From an uncultured Candidatus Saccharibacteria bacterium (lineage in GTDB: Bacteria; Patescibacteriota; Minisyncoccia; Phycocordibacterales; SBAW01): DNA of 64,000 nt. A program made the translations under genes and the position numbers. Below, one piece after another: positions 10,107 through 20,080 of this stretch (the first letter of the stretch is position 1; every line of letters begins with the position of its first letter). The DNA lies in contig CAZMIU010000001.1 in the NCBI GenBank assembly GCA_964566795.1, forward strand, positions 15,388 to 79,387, given 5' to 3'. Under the pieces are notes generated by a model. That model ran no database searches and was not told the origin of the DNA. It was given only the letters and a program-made list of their open reading frames with translations.

Positions 10107-10283
10107 TACCTACGTGGGCACACTGTTTTTGGGCGGATTCTCTTTAATGGTTGGGGTGGTGGTGTGGAACGCCTTTGCCACACTCCCCATAGGCATTCCG
10201 CCGAGCGGTTACTAAACTATTGACTTTATACAGGTGTACTGTAGAGTGCCGGCAGGCAGGAATTAACCAGAGAGGTCCCAAGC

Positions 10284-10829
10284 GTGAAGTATTCATGGCT
10301 TGCAGTACTACTACTTGTCCTAGGTACATGCCCAGGCACAGCAGAGGACAAGTTTACTCTGCGGGAAGTGCGCTGTTTGGCGCACATCATCTTTGGTGAG
10401 GCACGTGATGAGCCCGAGGAGGGGCAGTTTGAGGTTGCGTGGTCTATACGCTTTCGCCAAGCTGCAAACCTGAGGGAGTTTGGCGGCCGCGATTTGTGCC
10501 GCGTGGCCTACAAGTACGCGCGCACCAAGTACGGCAAAGTTACCTGGCAGTACGACGGCGCCAAGGTGTCTGTCGCCCAAAGGGTCCGGGCTTCAAAGCT
10601 TGAGAGCGATGCGTGGGACAAGTCTGTCTACATCGCTGCGATGGTGCTCCAGGGCCAGGGCATGCCCCAGAAACCCATCATGTACTTCTGCGATCGGCGG
10701 TCAAACGGCGCCTGCAGCTGGCACAACAAGGGGGCGCGGTTTGCCTACAGGACCGGCAACCACCGGATGTATACCGACAAACGGTACCCGGACTTGTCCG
10801 ACCTTATTGTGCTGGCCTCCGTTCGATAA
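10284..10829 (+). CDS. Secreted cell-wall hydrolase, SleB/Hydrolase_2 family
   Basis: Signal peptide; CLAHIIFGEARDEPEEGQ (EARGE catalytic Glu motif); C-terminal GNHxxY. Confidence 0.8.
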   Translation: MKYSWLAVLLLVLGTCPGTAEDKFTLREVRCLAHIIFGEARDEPEEGQFEVAWSIRFRQAANLREFGGRDLCRVAYKYARTKYGKVTWQYDGAKVSVAQRVRASKLESDAWDKSVYIAAMVLQGQGMPQKPIMYFCDRRSNGACSWHNKGARFAYRTGNHRMYTDKRYPDLSDLIVLASVR

Positions 10830-10851
10830 CGGAGACCACACTCATCATATA

Positions 10852-10884
10852 GCGCTCGCGGATAACTCCGCGGGCGTTTTCTTT
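10852..10884 (+). terminator. Intrinsic terminator after the SleB-like gene
   Basis: GC-rich stem CGCTCGCGG/CCGCGGGCG followed by a T-run. Confidence 0.6.
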
Positions 10885-10889
10885 TGGTT

Positions 10890-10915
10890 AGAGTGCTTGA
10901 TATATCAAGCACTCT
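10890..10915. repeat. 26-bp perfect palindrome with GTGCTTGATATATCAAGCAC core (copy 1)
   Basis: AGAGTGCTTGATATATCAAGCACTCT; same core at 60521 and a near copy at 60963. Confidence 0.85.
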
Positions 10916-10916
10916 G

Positions 10917-11906
10917 TTAAAACGTCTCTATCTCCCAGGGCGCGGGCGGGTTGGCGACATGCTGCTCGAGCTCCGGGCGGCTGAGCAAGCCCTCCTGCGC
11001 ACCCACCTTTTGCAGTACGGCAGACGCGTTGGCCGAGCCCCATTTAAGCGCCTGTGCAAGAGGCAGCCCAAGCGCCAGTGCAGAAACAGTACCGGAGGCC
11101 AGCGCGTCGCCTGCGCCTGTAATTTCGTACGGCGGCCTGGGGTCTGGGTAGCGCGGCAGGTGCGACATGCTGCCTGTGGGCTCAATGCAATAGGCCCCGC
11201 GCGTGTCGTCTGTAATAACCACCGTCTTGGGGCCCAGCGCGTGCATGCGCGCAAGCAGGTCGTGCATGTCGGTGCCCGCCTCTACTCCCGCGATACGCTC
11301 AGCCTCCTCCTTGTTGCAAAAGAAGATGTCGGCGCGCTCATATATATCTTTAAGCGCCTCTGCGCCAAACTTCATCTGATAGGTCCCGGGCTGGAAGGCG
11401 AGCTTGGTGTTGGGCCAGCGCTTGAGCATCTGGGCCCACATGTGGTGGTAGGGCAGGCTGTTTTCCCCCAAGCTGGAGAGGTAGAGCCAGGTGGGACCCT
11501 CCGGCATGGGAGGCACTGCGTACTCAAACGCCTCGTGCTTAACCAAAATGGTGCGGTTGTTCTCAAACCACAGTACGTAATGGTAGTTGGTATGCTTGCC
11601 CGCCTGCTTTTCTACAAAGGTGGTGTCTACCTTCTCGCGCATGAGCTGTGCGATGCACTCTTGGCCGTGCGCGTCGGCGCCCACATAGGCGCGCAGGCCG
11701 GATGTGAGTCCAAGCCTCGCTGCCGCCACAGCCGCGTTGGCCGAGTTGCCCACGGCCGGCACGGTTTTGGCAAACTCAAAGGGGATCTTGTCGCCCCAGC
11801 GCATGCATATCTCGCAGGCCTCGTTGTCGAGCCTGCAGGTGACGTGCGCGTCTTTAAGCCGGATAAAGTCATCGACGACAACATCGCCCACCGCCAGGAA
11901 GTCCAT
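10917..11906 (-). CDS. PfkB-family carbohydrate kinase
   Basis: GNSANAAVAAARLG and EITGAGDA PfkB signatures; start MDFLAVGD. Confidence 0.9.
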   Translation of the reverse strand: MDFLAVGDVVVDDFIRLKDAHVTCRLDNEACEICMRWGDKIPFEFAKTVPAVGNSANAAVAAARLGLTSGLRAYVGADAHGQECIAQLMREKVDTTFVEKQAGKHTNYHYVLWFENNRTILVKHEAFEYAVPPMPEGPTWLYLSSLGENSLPYHHMWAQMLKRWPNTKLAFQPGTYQMKFGAEALKDIYERADIFFCNKEEAERIAGVEAGTDMHDLLARMHALGPKTVVITDDTRGAYCIEPTGSMSHLPRYPDPRPPYEITGAGDALASGTVSALALGLPLAQALKWGSANASAVLQKVGAQEGLLSRPELEQHVANPPAPWEIETF

Positions 11907-11928
11907 ATAGATACAGTATACTGGGCGC
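11907..11928. promoter_or_regulatory. Candidate bidirectional leaderless promoter (pfkB-like / fba)
   Basis: 22-bp gap with palindromic AGTATACT, giving TATACT on both strands 6 and 8 nt before the two ATGs. Confidence 0.65.
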
Positions 11929-12786
11929 ATGCAACCATTACGCGAGGTTATCAACCAATACAGGCACAAAGGGGCTGCTCTCGGGCACTTTAACTTTAGC
12001 GACTCAAACCAGCTTAAGGCCATAGCACAGGCAGCGCGCGAGGCAGGCGTGCCGGTGGTTGCGGGGCTTAGCGAGGGCGAGCGCGAGTACTTTAGCCTCA
12101 CAGAGGCCCGGGGGCTTATAGATGCATATATAAAGGAAGGGGCAGAGATATACCTAAACGCCGACCACACGTACTCGCTTGAGAAGGCCAGGGCGGCTAT
12201 AGACGCCGGGGTAGATTCTATCGTGGTCGATGGCGCCAAACTGAGCATGGATGAGAACATCGCTTTAACCCGCAGCGTGGTGGAGTACGCGCGGGGCAGT
12301 GGCCGCGATGTGCTGGTAGAGGGTGAGTTGGGCTACATCGGGTCCTCGTCTAAACAACTCGACGAGTTGCCCGAGGGAGTAAGCGAGGCCAACCTCACCA
12401 CAGCACAAGACGCCAAGCAGTTTGCGGATGCAACGGGTATAGATGCGCTAGCCCCCGCGGTGGGCAACGTACACGGCATGCTCAAGAGCGCCGCTGAGCC
12501 ACGGCTCCACCCTGAGCGCGTTAAAGCAGTGGCCGAGGCAACAGGCTTGCCGCTAGTCTTGCACGGTGCCTCGGGCAATACCGAGGAGGATATTGCGGCG
12601 TGTATTGCCGCGGGGATAGCCATGGTGCATATAAACACAGAGCTGCGCGTGTTGTACCACGACGCGCTACAGGAGTCCTTGGCGGCACACCCTCAGGAGA
12701 CCACCCCATATAAATTCTTGGGCCCGGCGGTACAAAAACTGCACGAGTACCTTGTGCACAAGATGCAATTGCTTGCCAAAGCCTAG
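11929..12786 (+). CDS. fba: Class II fructose-bisphosphate aldolase
   Basis: ADH, VEGELG, AVGNVHG, LVLHGASG, NINT-like motif. Confidence 0.93.
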   Translation: MQPLREVINQYRHKGAALGHFNFSDSNQLKAIAQAAREAGVPVVAGLSEGEREYFSLTEARGLIDAYIKEGAEIYLNADHTYSLEKARAAIDAGVDSIVVDGAKLSMDENIALTRSVVEYARGSGRDVLVEGELGYIGSSSKQLDELPEGVSEANLTTAQDAKQFADATGIDALAPAVGNVHGMLKSAAEPRLHPERVKAVAEATGLPLVLHGASGNTEEDIAACIAAGIAMVHINTELRVLYHDALQESLAAHPQETTPYKFLGPAVQKLHEYLVHKMQLLAKA

Positions 12787-12820
12787 GCTATACTAAAGGC
12801 ACTAATCCTTAGGCCTTTTT

Positions 12821-15487
12821 ATGCATCACTACGAGCGGCTCAAAAAGTTTTTACTGAGCAAAGCAGTGCTACCTGTGTCTGCCAGCGCAGCGGTGGCGCT
12901 TTTGGTGTTGGCGTCTGTTGTATATGTAGAGAATGATACGGCCTCACTTGTTGCAGACATAACAAGCACTGTCCCTCAGACACAGCAGGTGGGAGGCCTC
13001 TTTGGCGCGTGCGGCTCGATATTCGGCAGCTGCAATGTTGACGTATATGGAGCTATCGGCATTAACCCACAGGCAGTTACCGCCGGCCAGACTGCGACTA
13101 TGAACTGGGTCTCGTGGGGTGCCGATTACTGCTATCTTAGCGGCGGCCGTTTTGGAGTTACTACGCAGGTTGGCACCTCGGGCAACGTCCCCACAGATCT
13201 CAACGCCCCCGGTTCGGTCGCGACCTATGGGTTGCGCTGCTATAACACCGGCGGTGCCAACTCCGGTACAAGTCCGCAGTATTACGCTTCCTATACCACA
13301 TGCGCAACGGGCCAGGTTGTGGGCAGCAGCGGCTGCGCCGCACCCCCGGTCACTCCTCCGGTAAACGACATTACTGTCGAGTGCAGTGCGGTTAACGAGC
13401 TTGGCTGCCCTGGTGGTACAAAGAACAACGTGGGCCAGGTAACCAAGCCTACAGCGGGCAGTAAGTACCTGGGCGTGTACTCGGCGCACTACGGCGGCGA
13501 CAACGCCACACTGGCCGCCAGCGCCATTGTCCAGATTGTGGGCAACGGCACCATGACGCACGTTAACCCGGATAATTATCCATACGCGCCGGGGAGCTAC
13601 AGCAACGCGCAGGTGTCGCGCCAGGACAATACTAATCCGTACCACGCATACAACTTTGTAATCACGCCGTCGACTCCTGCCGGTGTGTACTACTTTTATG
13701 CAGTGACTGCGTCCAATGCGTATCCATGGGACAAGTACCCGCCAACCCCCGGCGGCTGGATGAATATTGCGTCTATTAATGTTGTTGATAATCCTGCTGC
13801 GGCCGCGCCCACCAACCTCGTGTCGACCTGCAGTGCCTCCAACACCCAGGTAACATTGACGTGGACCACGGGCGCAGGCACGACGCTCTCGGACGAGGTG
13901 GTAGTTGATGACCCAACGACAACGCATGTGGCGCAAGGTGCCAGCACCAACTGCACCACGCCTGCGCCTACCGCAACGGGTGCAGCAGGCTACACGGGCT
14001 CGTGCGGGCTCTCTGGCACCGGCATACGTGCCGACTATGTATACTCGCGCAGCGTGTCATCGACCCCCAAGCAGGCGGTGGTTAACATACAGCAGGGCAG
14101 GGCATACAACTGGACCGTGCAGGGCAGCAACAACAGCGGCTTTGGTACCGCCTCTGCACAGAAGAGCTTTACGTGCGGCACAGCCGGCACATCTACTAAC
14201 CCTCCACCCACAGTAACGCTTAATGCGAGCGTGGGCGGCAGCGCCGCCACAGGGCTTAAGGTTGGACAGAGTGCGACGCTGACAGGTACGTTTACGGCCG
14301 CCTCAGGCGACACGTTTACCCAGACGGGTATTGCCGATAACAACAACGCCTACCTTGTAGGAGGCTCCAACGCGATAACGCAGCGTACGTACGTCTTTAC
14401 CCCGACTGCGGCAGGTTCCTACCTGTTCCATGCGCGTGGTGCCACAACCAAGATCCCTACTCCCGCCAATTACGCATCGCGCACACTTACTGTGTGCTCG
14501 GCTGCACAAACGTGGAATGGCACTGCCTGTGTTGCCGGCGGCACAACCCCAATAAACCAGCCAGTGCTCGACATTACCGGCAACAACCAGGCGGGCTCTG
14601 TAGGTACTACAGTTGGTAGTCCTGTAACCATCCGCGGTACCTATGCAGCCGCATCTGGTGACGCGCTCATCTTTACTGCGCTCAACGACTACCAGAACAA
14701 CCCGCTGCCGGGTGTGTCCAACACCAACGCAAGCTCGCCCAAGACCTACACCTTTACGCCGACAGCTCCCGGTAGCTACGTGTTCTATCCGGCGGCTATG
14801 ACCGCAGCGTACCCTGCGTGGAACAACTACAACAAGTCGCTTGTGGTTAACGTCTCGTGCCCGGCGGGTCAGTTTAACCAAGGCGGTGTGTGCACCACAA
14901 CGCCCGTGGATGTCTGCCAAAATATAAACGGCAACCAGGCGGTGCCTCCGGCCAACGGCTCTACAAACAACAACAATGTCTGCTCGTGCGACCAGGGCTA
15001 CACGCTCCAGGGTGCCTCGTGTGTTGCGGCACCCGCATCGTGCCCGGGCGCCCATCAGGTGGGTACCCCGCCAAACTGCACCTGCGATGTTGGTTATCAG
15101 ATGCAGGGCGGTGCATGCGTGCAGCAGCTGTGCCCGGGCCCGCATGAGATAAACTGGCCGTCGTGCGTGTGCGCGAGCGGGTATGTGCGCGACAGTGGCG
15201 CCAACATGTGCATCCGCCAGCCTGTACTGGATATAGAGGTAAACAACGCCGCCTCGGCACGCGTACGCAAGGGCAACACCGTGTCTTTGACCTGGAGCGC
15301 CTCGGGAGTCAGCTCCTGCTCGGTGCGCACCAACAGCGGTACGACACTCTCTAGCAGCATGTCGGGCTCGCTTACCCCCATAGTGGGCTCGCAGACGACC
15401 TACACCCTGCGCTGCATCAACGACGCGGGAGGCGTGGTCAGCAAGAGCGCCAACGTAACGCTTATCCCCGAGGTAGACGAGATCTAG
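12821..15487 (+). CDS. Large Cys-rich surface protein (FN3/Ig-like and EGF-like repeats)
   Basis: N-terminal TM; APTNL...LTW FN3-like start; two YxFTPTAxGSYxF repeats; CxCxxGY repeats; C-terminal TTYTLRC domain. Confidence 0.8.
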   Translation: MHHYERLKKFLLSKAVLPVSASAAVALLVLASVVYVENDTASLVADITSTVPQTQQVGGLFGACGSIFGSCNVDVYGAIGINPQAVTAGQTATMNWVSWGADYCYLSGGRFGVTTQVGTSGNVPTDLNAPGSVATYGLRCYNTGGANSGTSPQYYASYTTCATGQVVGSSGCAAPPVTPPVNDITVECSAVNELGCPGGTKNNVGQVTKPTAGSKYLGVYSAHYGGDNATLAASAIVQIVGNGTMTHVNPDNYPYAPGSYSNAQVSRQDNTNPYHAYNFVITPSTPAGVYYFYAVTASNAYPWDKYPPTPGGWMNIASINVVDNPAAAAPTNLVSTCSASNTQVTLTWTTGAGTTLSDEVVVDDPTTTHVAQGASTNCTTPAPTATGAAGYTGSCGLSGTGIRADYVYSRSVSSTPKQAVVNIQQGRAYNWTVQGSNNSGFGTASAQKSFTCGTAGTSTNPPPTVTLNASVGGSAATGLKVGQSATLTGTFTAASGDTFTQTGIADNNNAYLVGGSNAITQRTYVFTPTAAGSYLFHARGATTKIPTPANYASRTLTVCSAAQTWNGTACVAGGTTPINQPVLDITGNNQAGSVGTTVGSPVTIRGTYAAASGDALIFTALNDYQNNPLPGVSNTNASSPKTYTFTPTAPGSYVFYPAAMTAAYPAWNNYNKSLVVNVSCPAGQFNQGGVCTTTPVDVCQNINGNQAVPPANGSTNNNNVCSCDQGYTLQGASCVAAPASCPGAHQVGTPPNCTCDVGYQMQGGACVQQLCPGPHEINWPSCVCASGYVRDSGANMCIRQPVLDIEVNNAASARVRKGNTVSLTWSASGVSSCSVRTNSGTTLSSSMSGSLTPIVGSQTTYTLRCINDAGGVVSKSANVTLIPEVDEI

Positions 15488-15499
15488 CCAAGGCCTTAG

Positions 15500-15524
15500 C
15501 CGCCCGGGGAACCCGGGCGGTTTT
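15500..15524 (+). terminator. Intrinsic terminator
   Basis: CCGCCCGGG-GAA-CCCGGGCGG-TTTT. Confidence 0.75.
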
Positions 15525-15583
15525 GCCGGCTCTGGCAGTTGCGCATAGAGGCCAAATCCGCTATAGTGTCGCAACAGATATAT

Positions 15584-16231
15584 ATGGAACTGACCGTAGA
15601 AAAGCGCGCAAGCGAGACCAAGGCCAAGGCACTCCGCGACAAGGGGGTCTTGCCGGCTGTTATCTATGGCCGCTCGCAGGAGTCTACCCCTATCGCTGTA
15701 GACCTTAAGGTCTTCTCCAAGCTCTATAAGGCGGCGGGCGAGTCCTCGGTTATCACCCTTAAGGGCCTGGGTGCCGACAAGCAGGTGCTTATCCACGATG
15801 TGGAGTTTGATGCTGTTTTGGGCACCCCGGTACACGCCGACTTTTACGCAATTGAAAAGGGTCAGAAGGTGACCGTCTCGGTACCGCTTGAGTTTGATGG
15901 CGTTGCTCCAGCTGTTAAGGACTTGGGCGGCATCCTGACCAAGGTAATGCACGAGATAGAAATTACCTGCGAGCCTGCGGACCTTCCTCATGCTATCCAC
16001 GTAGACATCTCCAAACTCGCCACCTTGGAGGACCAGATTAAGGTTGCCGACCTCAAGCTCCCTAAGTCAGCCGAGATTGGCGTCGACATGGACGAGGTGG
16101 TTGCTATGGTTTCTGTCGCTCAGGAAGAGGTAGAGGAGGCAGCTCCTATGGACATCTCCCAGATTGGCGACGCCGTGGAGCGCGGCAAGAAGGAGGAGGA
16201 GGGCGTTCCTGCAGAGGAAACCAAAGAATAA
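15584..16231 (+). CDS. rplY: 50S ribosomal protein L25/Ctc
   Basis: LPAVIYG, HADFY, long Ctc-type C domain with acidic tail. Confidence 0.95.
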   Translation: MELTVEKRASETKAKALRDKGVLPAVIYGRSQESTPIAVDLKVFSKLYKAAGESSVITLKGLGADKQVLIHDVEFDAVLGTPVHADFYAIEKGQKVTVSVPLEFDGVAPAVKDLGGILTKVMHEIEITCEPADLPHAIHVDISKLATLEDQIKVADLKLPKSAEIGVDMDEVVAMVSVAQEEVEEAAPMDISQIGDAVERGKKEEEGVPAEETKE

Positions 16232-16236
16232 TATTA

Positions 16237-16263
16237 AAACCCCGGGATCAGCCCGGGTTTTTT
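16237..16263 (+). terminator. Intrinsic terminator after rplY
   Basis: CCCGGG stem followed by a T-run. Confidence 0.7.
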
Positions 16264-16390
16264 GATGCCCCATAAGAATATTTTTAGTTGTGCTATAGCA
16301 CATTTAAAAATACTTAGGTTGTAGGCCTGCTGAGTCTTTCATGGGTAAGAAAACCTTGGGGTGGGCCGTCTGATATACTTGAAACTAACC

Positions 16391-17764
16391 ATGATTATCG
16401 GGCGGTATTTGGCTGTATTAGGGGTAGTGGTGAGCCTTTTGGTGGGCAGTATGGCTCCTCTCGTAAACACACCCGCGCCCGCGCTTGCCCAAGAGCTATC
16501 GGCTGAGGAAAAGGCCCGGTTGCAGGCCCAGTACGACGAGCTGCAAAAAGAGATTGCGCAGTACCAAAAGATAATCGACGAGACCAAGGCCAAGGCCAAC
16601 ACGATACAGGGCGACGTAACGATACTCGACACCCAGATTAAAAAGGCGCAGGCCGAGATCAACCAGCGCACCGCCTCTATTAACACGCTGGCCTCGACCA
16701 TTAACCAAAAGTCTAAGACCATCGCCACACTCGAGAGCAGGCTCGAGGACGGGCGCGCGTCGCTCGCAAAACTCCTGCGCGAAAAGAGCCAGAGCGACAG
16801 CATGTCCCTGGTGGTACTGGCGCTCTCGGAGGGTACGCTCACCGAGTTTTTTACCAACAGCGACCGTATCGACTCGATAGACCAGAGTCTGCAGGAAAAG
16901 TTTGATGAGCTGAGGGGCGTGCGTACCCAGACACAGTCAGAGAAGGAGGCTCTGGCCAAACAGCAGGCAAGCCAGGTTGATGCCAAAAAGGAGGTAGAGG
17001 CCAAAAAGAGCGTTATCGATACAAGCAAAAAAGAAAAGACCAACCTCTTGGCGGCAACCAAGCAAGACGAGGCCGCCTACAACCAGGTGCTCAAAGACAG
17101 GCAGGCCAAGGCCGCGGCTATACGGGCCGCACTCTTCCCTCTGCGTGATGCCGCGGCGATTAACTTTGGCGACGCGCTGCGTTACGCGCAGGCCGCCGAG
17201 AAGGCAACAGGCGTCTCTGCCGCGCTCTCGATGGCCATACTCACGCAAGAAAGCAACCTCGGGCAAAACGTGGGCCAATGCTACATGACCGACCCCGCAA
17301 CGGGCGACGGCCGCGGCAAAAACACGGGCACGCCGTTTAAGGGAGTGATGAACCCGACCCGCGACGTGCCGCCGTTTATCGCGCTCTCGCAGCAGCTCGG
17401 GTTTGACTCTGCAACACAGGTGGTGTCGTGCCCTATAGCCTCGGTGGGCGGCTGGGGAGGAGCCATGGGCCCGGCGCAGTTTATCCCCTCGACCTGGGCC
17501 ATATACGCCAGCCGCATTGCGGCGGCCCGCAGCAAGTCTGTGGCCAACCCCTGGGACCCGCAGGACGCTATTATGGCCATGTCATTCCTGCTCTCGGACA
17601 ACGGAGCCTCGGCCGGCGGCTATACCGCCAACTTTAACGCGGCAGCCCGCTACTACGCCGGATGGAACGGGCCCAATACGACAGCCGGCAAGAATTATGC
17701 CTCCCAGGTTATGGCCCGCGTTGCCGGTATCCAGCAAAATATCGACTACCTGGCCGACAACTAA
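16391..17764 (+). CDS. Secreted coiled-coil lytic murein transglycosylase (PcsB-like coiled coil plus SLT domain)
   Basis: Signal peptide, long coiled coil, ILTQES catalytic Glu, [21 protein letters not shown]. Confidence 0.88.
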   Translation: MIIGRYLAVLGVVVSLLVGSMAPLVNTPAPALAQELSAEEKARLQAQYDELQKEIAQYQKIIDETKAKANTIQGDVTILDTQIKKAQAEINQRTASINTLASTINQKSKTIATLESRLEDGRASLAKLLREKSQSDSMSLVVLALSEGTLTEFFTNSDRIDSIDQSLQEKFDELRGVRTQTQSEKEALAKQQASQVDAKKEVEAKKSVIDTSKKEKTNLLAATKQDEAAYNQVLKDRQAKAAAIRAALFPLRDAAAINFGDALRYAQAAEKATGVSAALSMAILTQESNLGQNVGQCYMTDPATGDGRGKNTGTPFKGVMNPTRDVPPFIALSQQLGFDSATQVVSCPIASVGGWGGAMGPAQFIPSTWAIYASRIAAARSKSVANPWDPQDAIMAMSFLLSDNGASAGGYTANFNAAARYYAGWNGPNTTAGKNYASQVMARVAGIQQNIDYLADN

Positions 17765-17817
17765 GCTGCGGCAGGCTACAGTTGCAAAGAGGCAGAATCG
17801 TGCTATATTTGGGCCAC

Positions 17818-18033
17818 ATGAAGACCGAGACCCACCCGACCTATTTTCCGGAGGCCAAGGTAACCTGCGCATGCGGGCGCTCCTTTGTTGTGGGCTCAAC
17901 GAGGGAGAAGATCGAGGTGGAAATCTGCTCGCAGTGCCACCCGTTCTACACCGGCAACGAGAAGGTGCTCGACACGGCAGGCCGCCTCGAGAAGTTTAAC
18001 GCCCGCCGCTCGGCTGCCAAGAAGTCCAAGTAG
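17818..18033 (+). CDS. rpmE: 50S ribosomal protein L31 (Zn-binding type)
   Basis: HPx[15 protein letters not shown]. Confidence 0.96.
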   Translation: MKTETHPTYFPEAKVTCACGRSFVVGSTREKIEVEICSQCHPFYTGNEKVLDTAGRLEKFNARRSAAKKSK

Positions 18034-18087
18034 CTGCCTCAAAGAAGCGCCCTCTGGTACTATTTACCTAGGGCGCTTTTGATTTGC

Positions 18088-19056
18088 ATGACTGATATAT
18101 CTATATACAAAGACAATCCCAAAACCGCATACTTGTATGCGGAATTTGAGCGTCTTGAGAAAGAAGAGGCTGAGGTCAAGGAACTTGCCTCGGGCGATTT
18201 GGGTGCGCTCGCAGAAGACGATTTAAAACGCATAGGGGAGCAGAAGGCCGCGGTAGTGGCCGAGATGGAGCGTATTGTCGCTCTGGAGAAGAAGGAAGAG
18301 GAGTTCCCCAACGAGGCCATTGTGGAGGTGCGCGCCGGCGTGGGTGGCGACGAGGCCGCCCTCTTTGCCTATGAGCTCTCGCAGATGTATGCAGCGTATG
18401 CCGAGAAGGCGGGCTGGAGCGTTAAGACCCTGAGCGAGTCTAAGACCGACCTGGGCGGATACAAGGAGGCCGTGTTTGAGCTGCGCGGCTTGGGGGTGTA
18501 CGAGCGCCTGCGCTTTGAGACCGGCGTGCATCGCGTGCAGCGTATTCCCGCTACGGAAAAGCAGGGCCGGATACACACCTCTACAGCTTCTGTGGCAGTA
18601 TTGCCCCTGCGCAAAAAGAGCAAGGTGGTTATTAACCCGGCCGATATCGAGTACGAGTTTAGCCGCGCCGGCGGCGCCGGCGGGCAAAACGTCAACAAGG
18701 TAGAGACCGCCGTGCGCATCATCCACAAGCCCACAGGGCTCGATGCGCGCAGCCAGGCCGAGCGCTCTCAGAACGCCAACAAAGAGCGCGCCATGGCTGT
18801 ACTCGTGGCCAAAATAGAGCAGATGCAGGAGGAGGAAGAGCGCAAGAAGTATGCCGATACCCGCTCGGCGCAGATTGGCTCGGGCGACCGCTCAGAAAAG
18901 ATCCGCACCTACAACGAGCCGCAGGACCGCATCACCGACCACCGCATCAAAGAGTCGTGGTCAAACATACCCAAGGTCATGGCAGGCGATATAGGGCATA
19001 TACTGGATGCCGTACAGGCCGCCGGCGGCGGTACTGCACCACAGAGCGATGAGTAA
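18088..19056 (+). CDS. prfA: Peptide chain release factor 1 (short N domain)
   Basis: [11 protein letters not shown] (PxT motif), [12 protein letters not shown]. Confidence 0.93.
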   Translation: MTDISIYKDNPKTAYLYAEFERLEKEEAEVKELASGDLGALAEDDLKRIGEQKAAVVAEMERIVALEKKEEEFPNEAIVEVRAGVGGDEAALFAYELSQMYAAYAEKAGWSVKTLSESKTDLGGYKEAVFELRGLGVYERLRFETGVHRVQRIPATEKQGRIHTSTASVAVLPLRKKSKVVINPADIEYEFSRAGGAGGQNVNKVETAVRIIHKPTGLDARSQAERSQNANKERAMAVLVAKIEQMQEEEERKKYADTRSAQIGSGDRSEKIRTYNEPQDRITDHRIKESWSNIPKVMAGDIGHILDAVQAAGGGTAPQSDE

Positions 19057-20029
19057 GATATGTATAGCGCGGGGAGTGGCCGCAGCGCTTGCGCTGGGGC
19101 TTTTGCTTGTCTGGCAGCCGGTGGTGGCACCGTTTGCACAGATTGCGGCCCCAGAGCCTGAGCCAGACCCGTCTGTGTTGTTTATGGGCGACATTATGCT
19201 CGACCGCAATGTGGCCGTGCACGCACGCGAGGCCGGCCCGGCCGCGCTGTTTGCCGGTATAGCAGACTACATACAGGATGCAGACGCGCGTGTGGCAAAC
19301 CTCGAGGGCTCTATCACCACTAACCCCTCCATAGCGCAGGTAGACCACACCATTTTGCACTTTACGTTTGACCCGGTGCTGGCCGAGCAGGCGCTGAGGC
19401 CGCTTAACTTAACTGCCGTAAGCCTGGCCAACAACCACGCCTACGACTTTGGCCGCGCGGGCTATGATGCCACGCGCAAGTACCTGGGGCAGTGGAATGT
19501 GGCGGGCTTTGGACACCCCTACAACGCCAACACCCTTGGCGTGCAGTTTGTGGCACAACACAAAGGCATCTGCGTTATTGGCTACCATAGCCTCTATGAC
19601 GCAACCACCACCGAGGTTGTGGCAGACATCCGCATGTCAGATATGAACTGCTACCGCGTGGTGGTGTTTGCCCACTGGGGTGAGGAGTACACGCCGGTTG
19701 CTAATGCTCAGCAGGTGAGCGCGGCGCACGAGTTTATAGACGCAGGGGCCGACCTTGTGATAGGCGCCCACCCTCACGTGGTGCAAAACGTGGAGGAGTA
19801 CAGGGGCCGGGCCATTTTCTACTCCCTGGGCAACTTTATGTTTGACCAGAACTTTTCCTGGGCTACCACCCACGGGCTTATGGTTAAGGTGACCTTTGGG
19901 GAGGCACAGACCCGCTTTAAGCTGACCCCGGTTACGGTCAAAGACGAGGAGGTGAACCTGGCAAACGAGGCCGACTCTAGAAGGGTTTTAGAGGCTGCGG
20001 GCCGCCTTGCAGAGTTCACTCTCCCGTGA
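19049..20029 (+). CDS. CapA/PGA_cap family metallophosphoesterase
   Basis: GDIM, NLEG, SLANNH, HWGEE, GAHPH, YSLGNF. Confidence 0.9.
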   Translation: MSKICIARGVAAALALGLLLVWQPVVAPFAQIAAPEPEPDPSVLFMGDIMLDRNVAVHAREAGPAALFAGIADYIQDADARVANLEGSITTNPSIAQVDHTILHFTFDPVLAEQALRPLNLTAVSLANNHAYDFGRAGYDATRKYLGQWNVAGFGHPYNANTLGVQFVAQHKGICVIGYHSLYDATTTEVVADIRMSDMNCYRVVVFAHWGEEYTPVANAQQVSAAHEFIDAGADLVIGAHPHVVQNVEEYRGRAIFYSLGNFMFDQNFSWATTHGLMVKVTFGEAQTRFKLTPVTVKDEEVNLANEADSRRVLEAAGRLAEFTLP

Positions 20030-20080
20030 TACCTTGTGGGTACGGCTCAGGGCCGTTTTTCGTATCCCACCCCTCACTAC

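Noticed and set aside
943-15487. Diversity-generating retroelement acting on the surface proteins
   Set aside because: No reverse transcriptase; differences between the shared segments are synonymous-type, not adenine-specific.
14303-16000. 565-aa minus-strand ORF and many similar long ORFs (e.g. 88-792, 10884-11993, 20117-21157, 51096-52367)
   Set aside because: Antisense shadows of well-supported genes in GC-rich DNA, with no motifs of their own.
18088-19056. prfB with a programmed frameshift
   Set aside because: The PAT motif marks RF1 and the frame is continuous.
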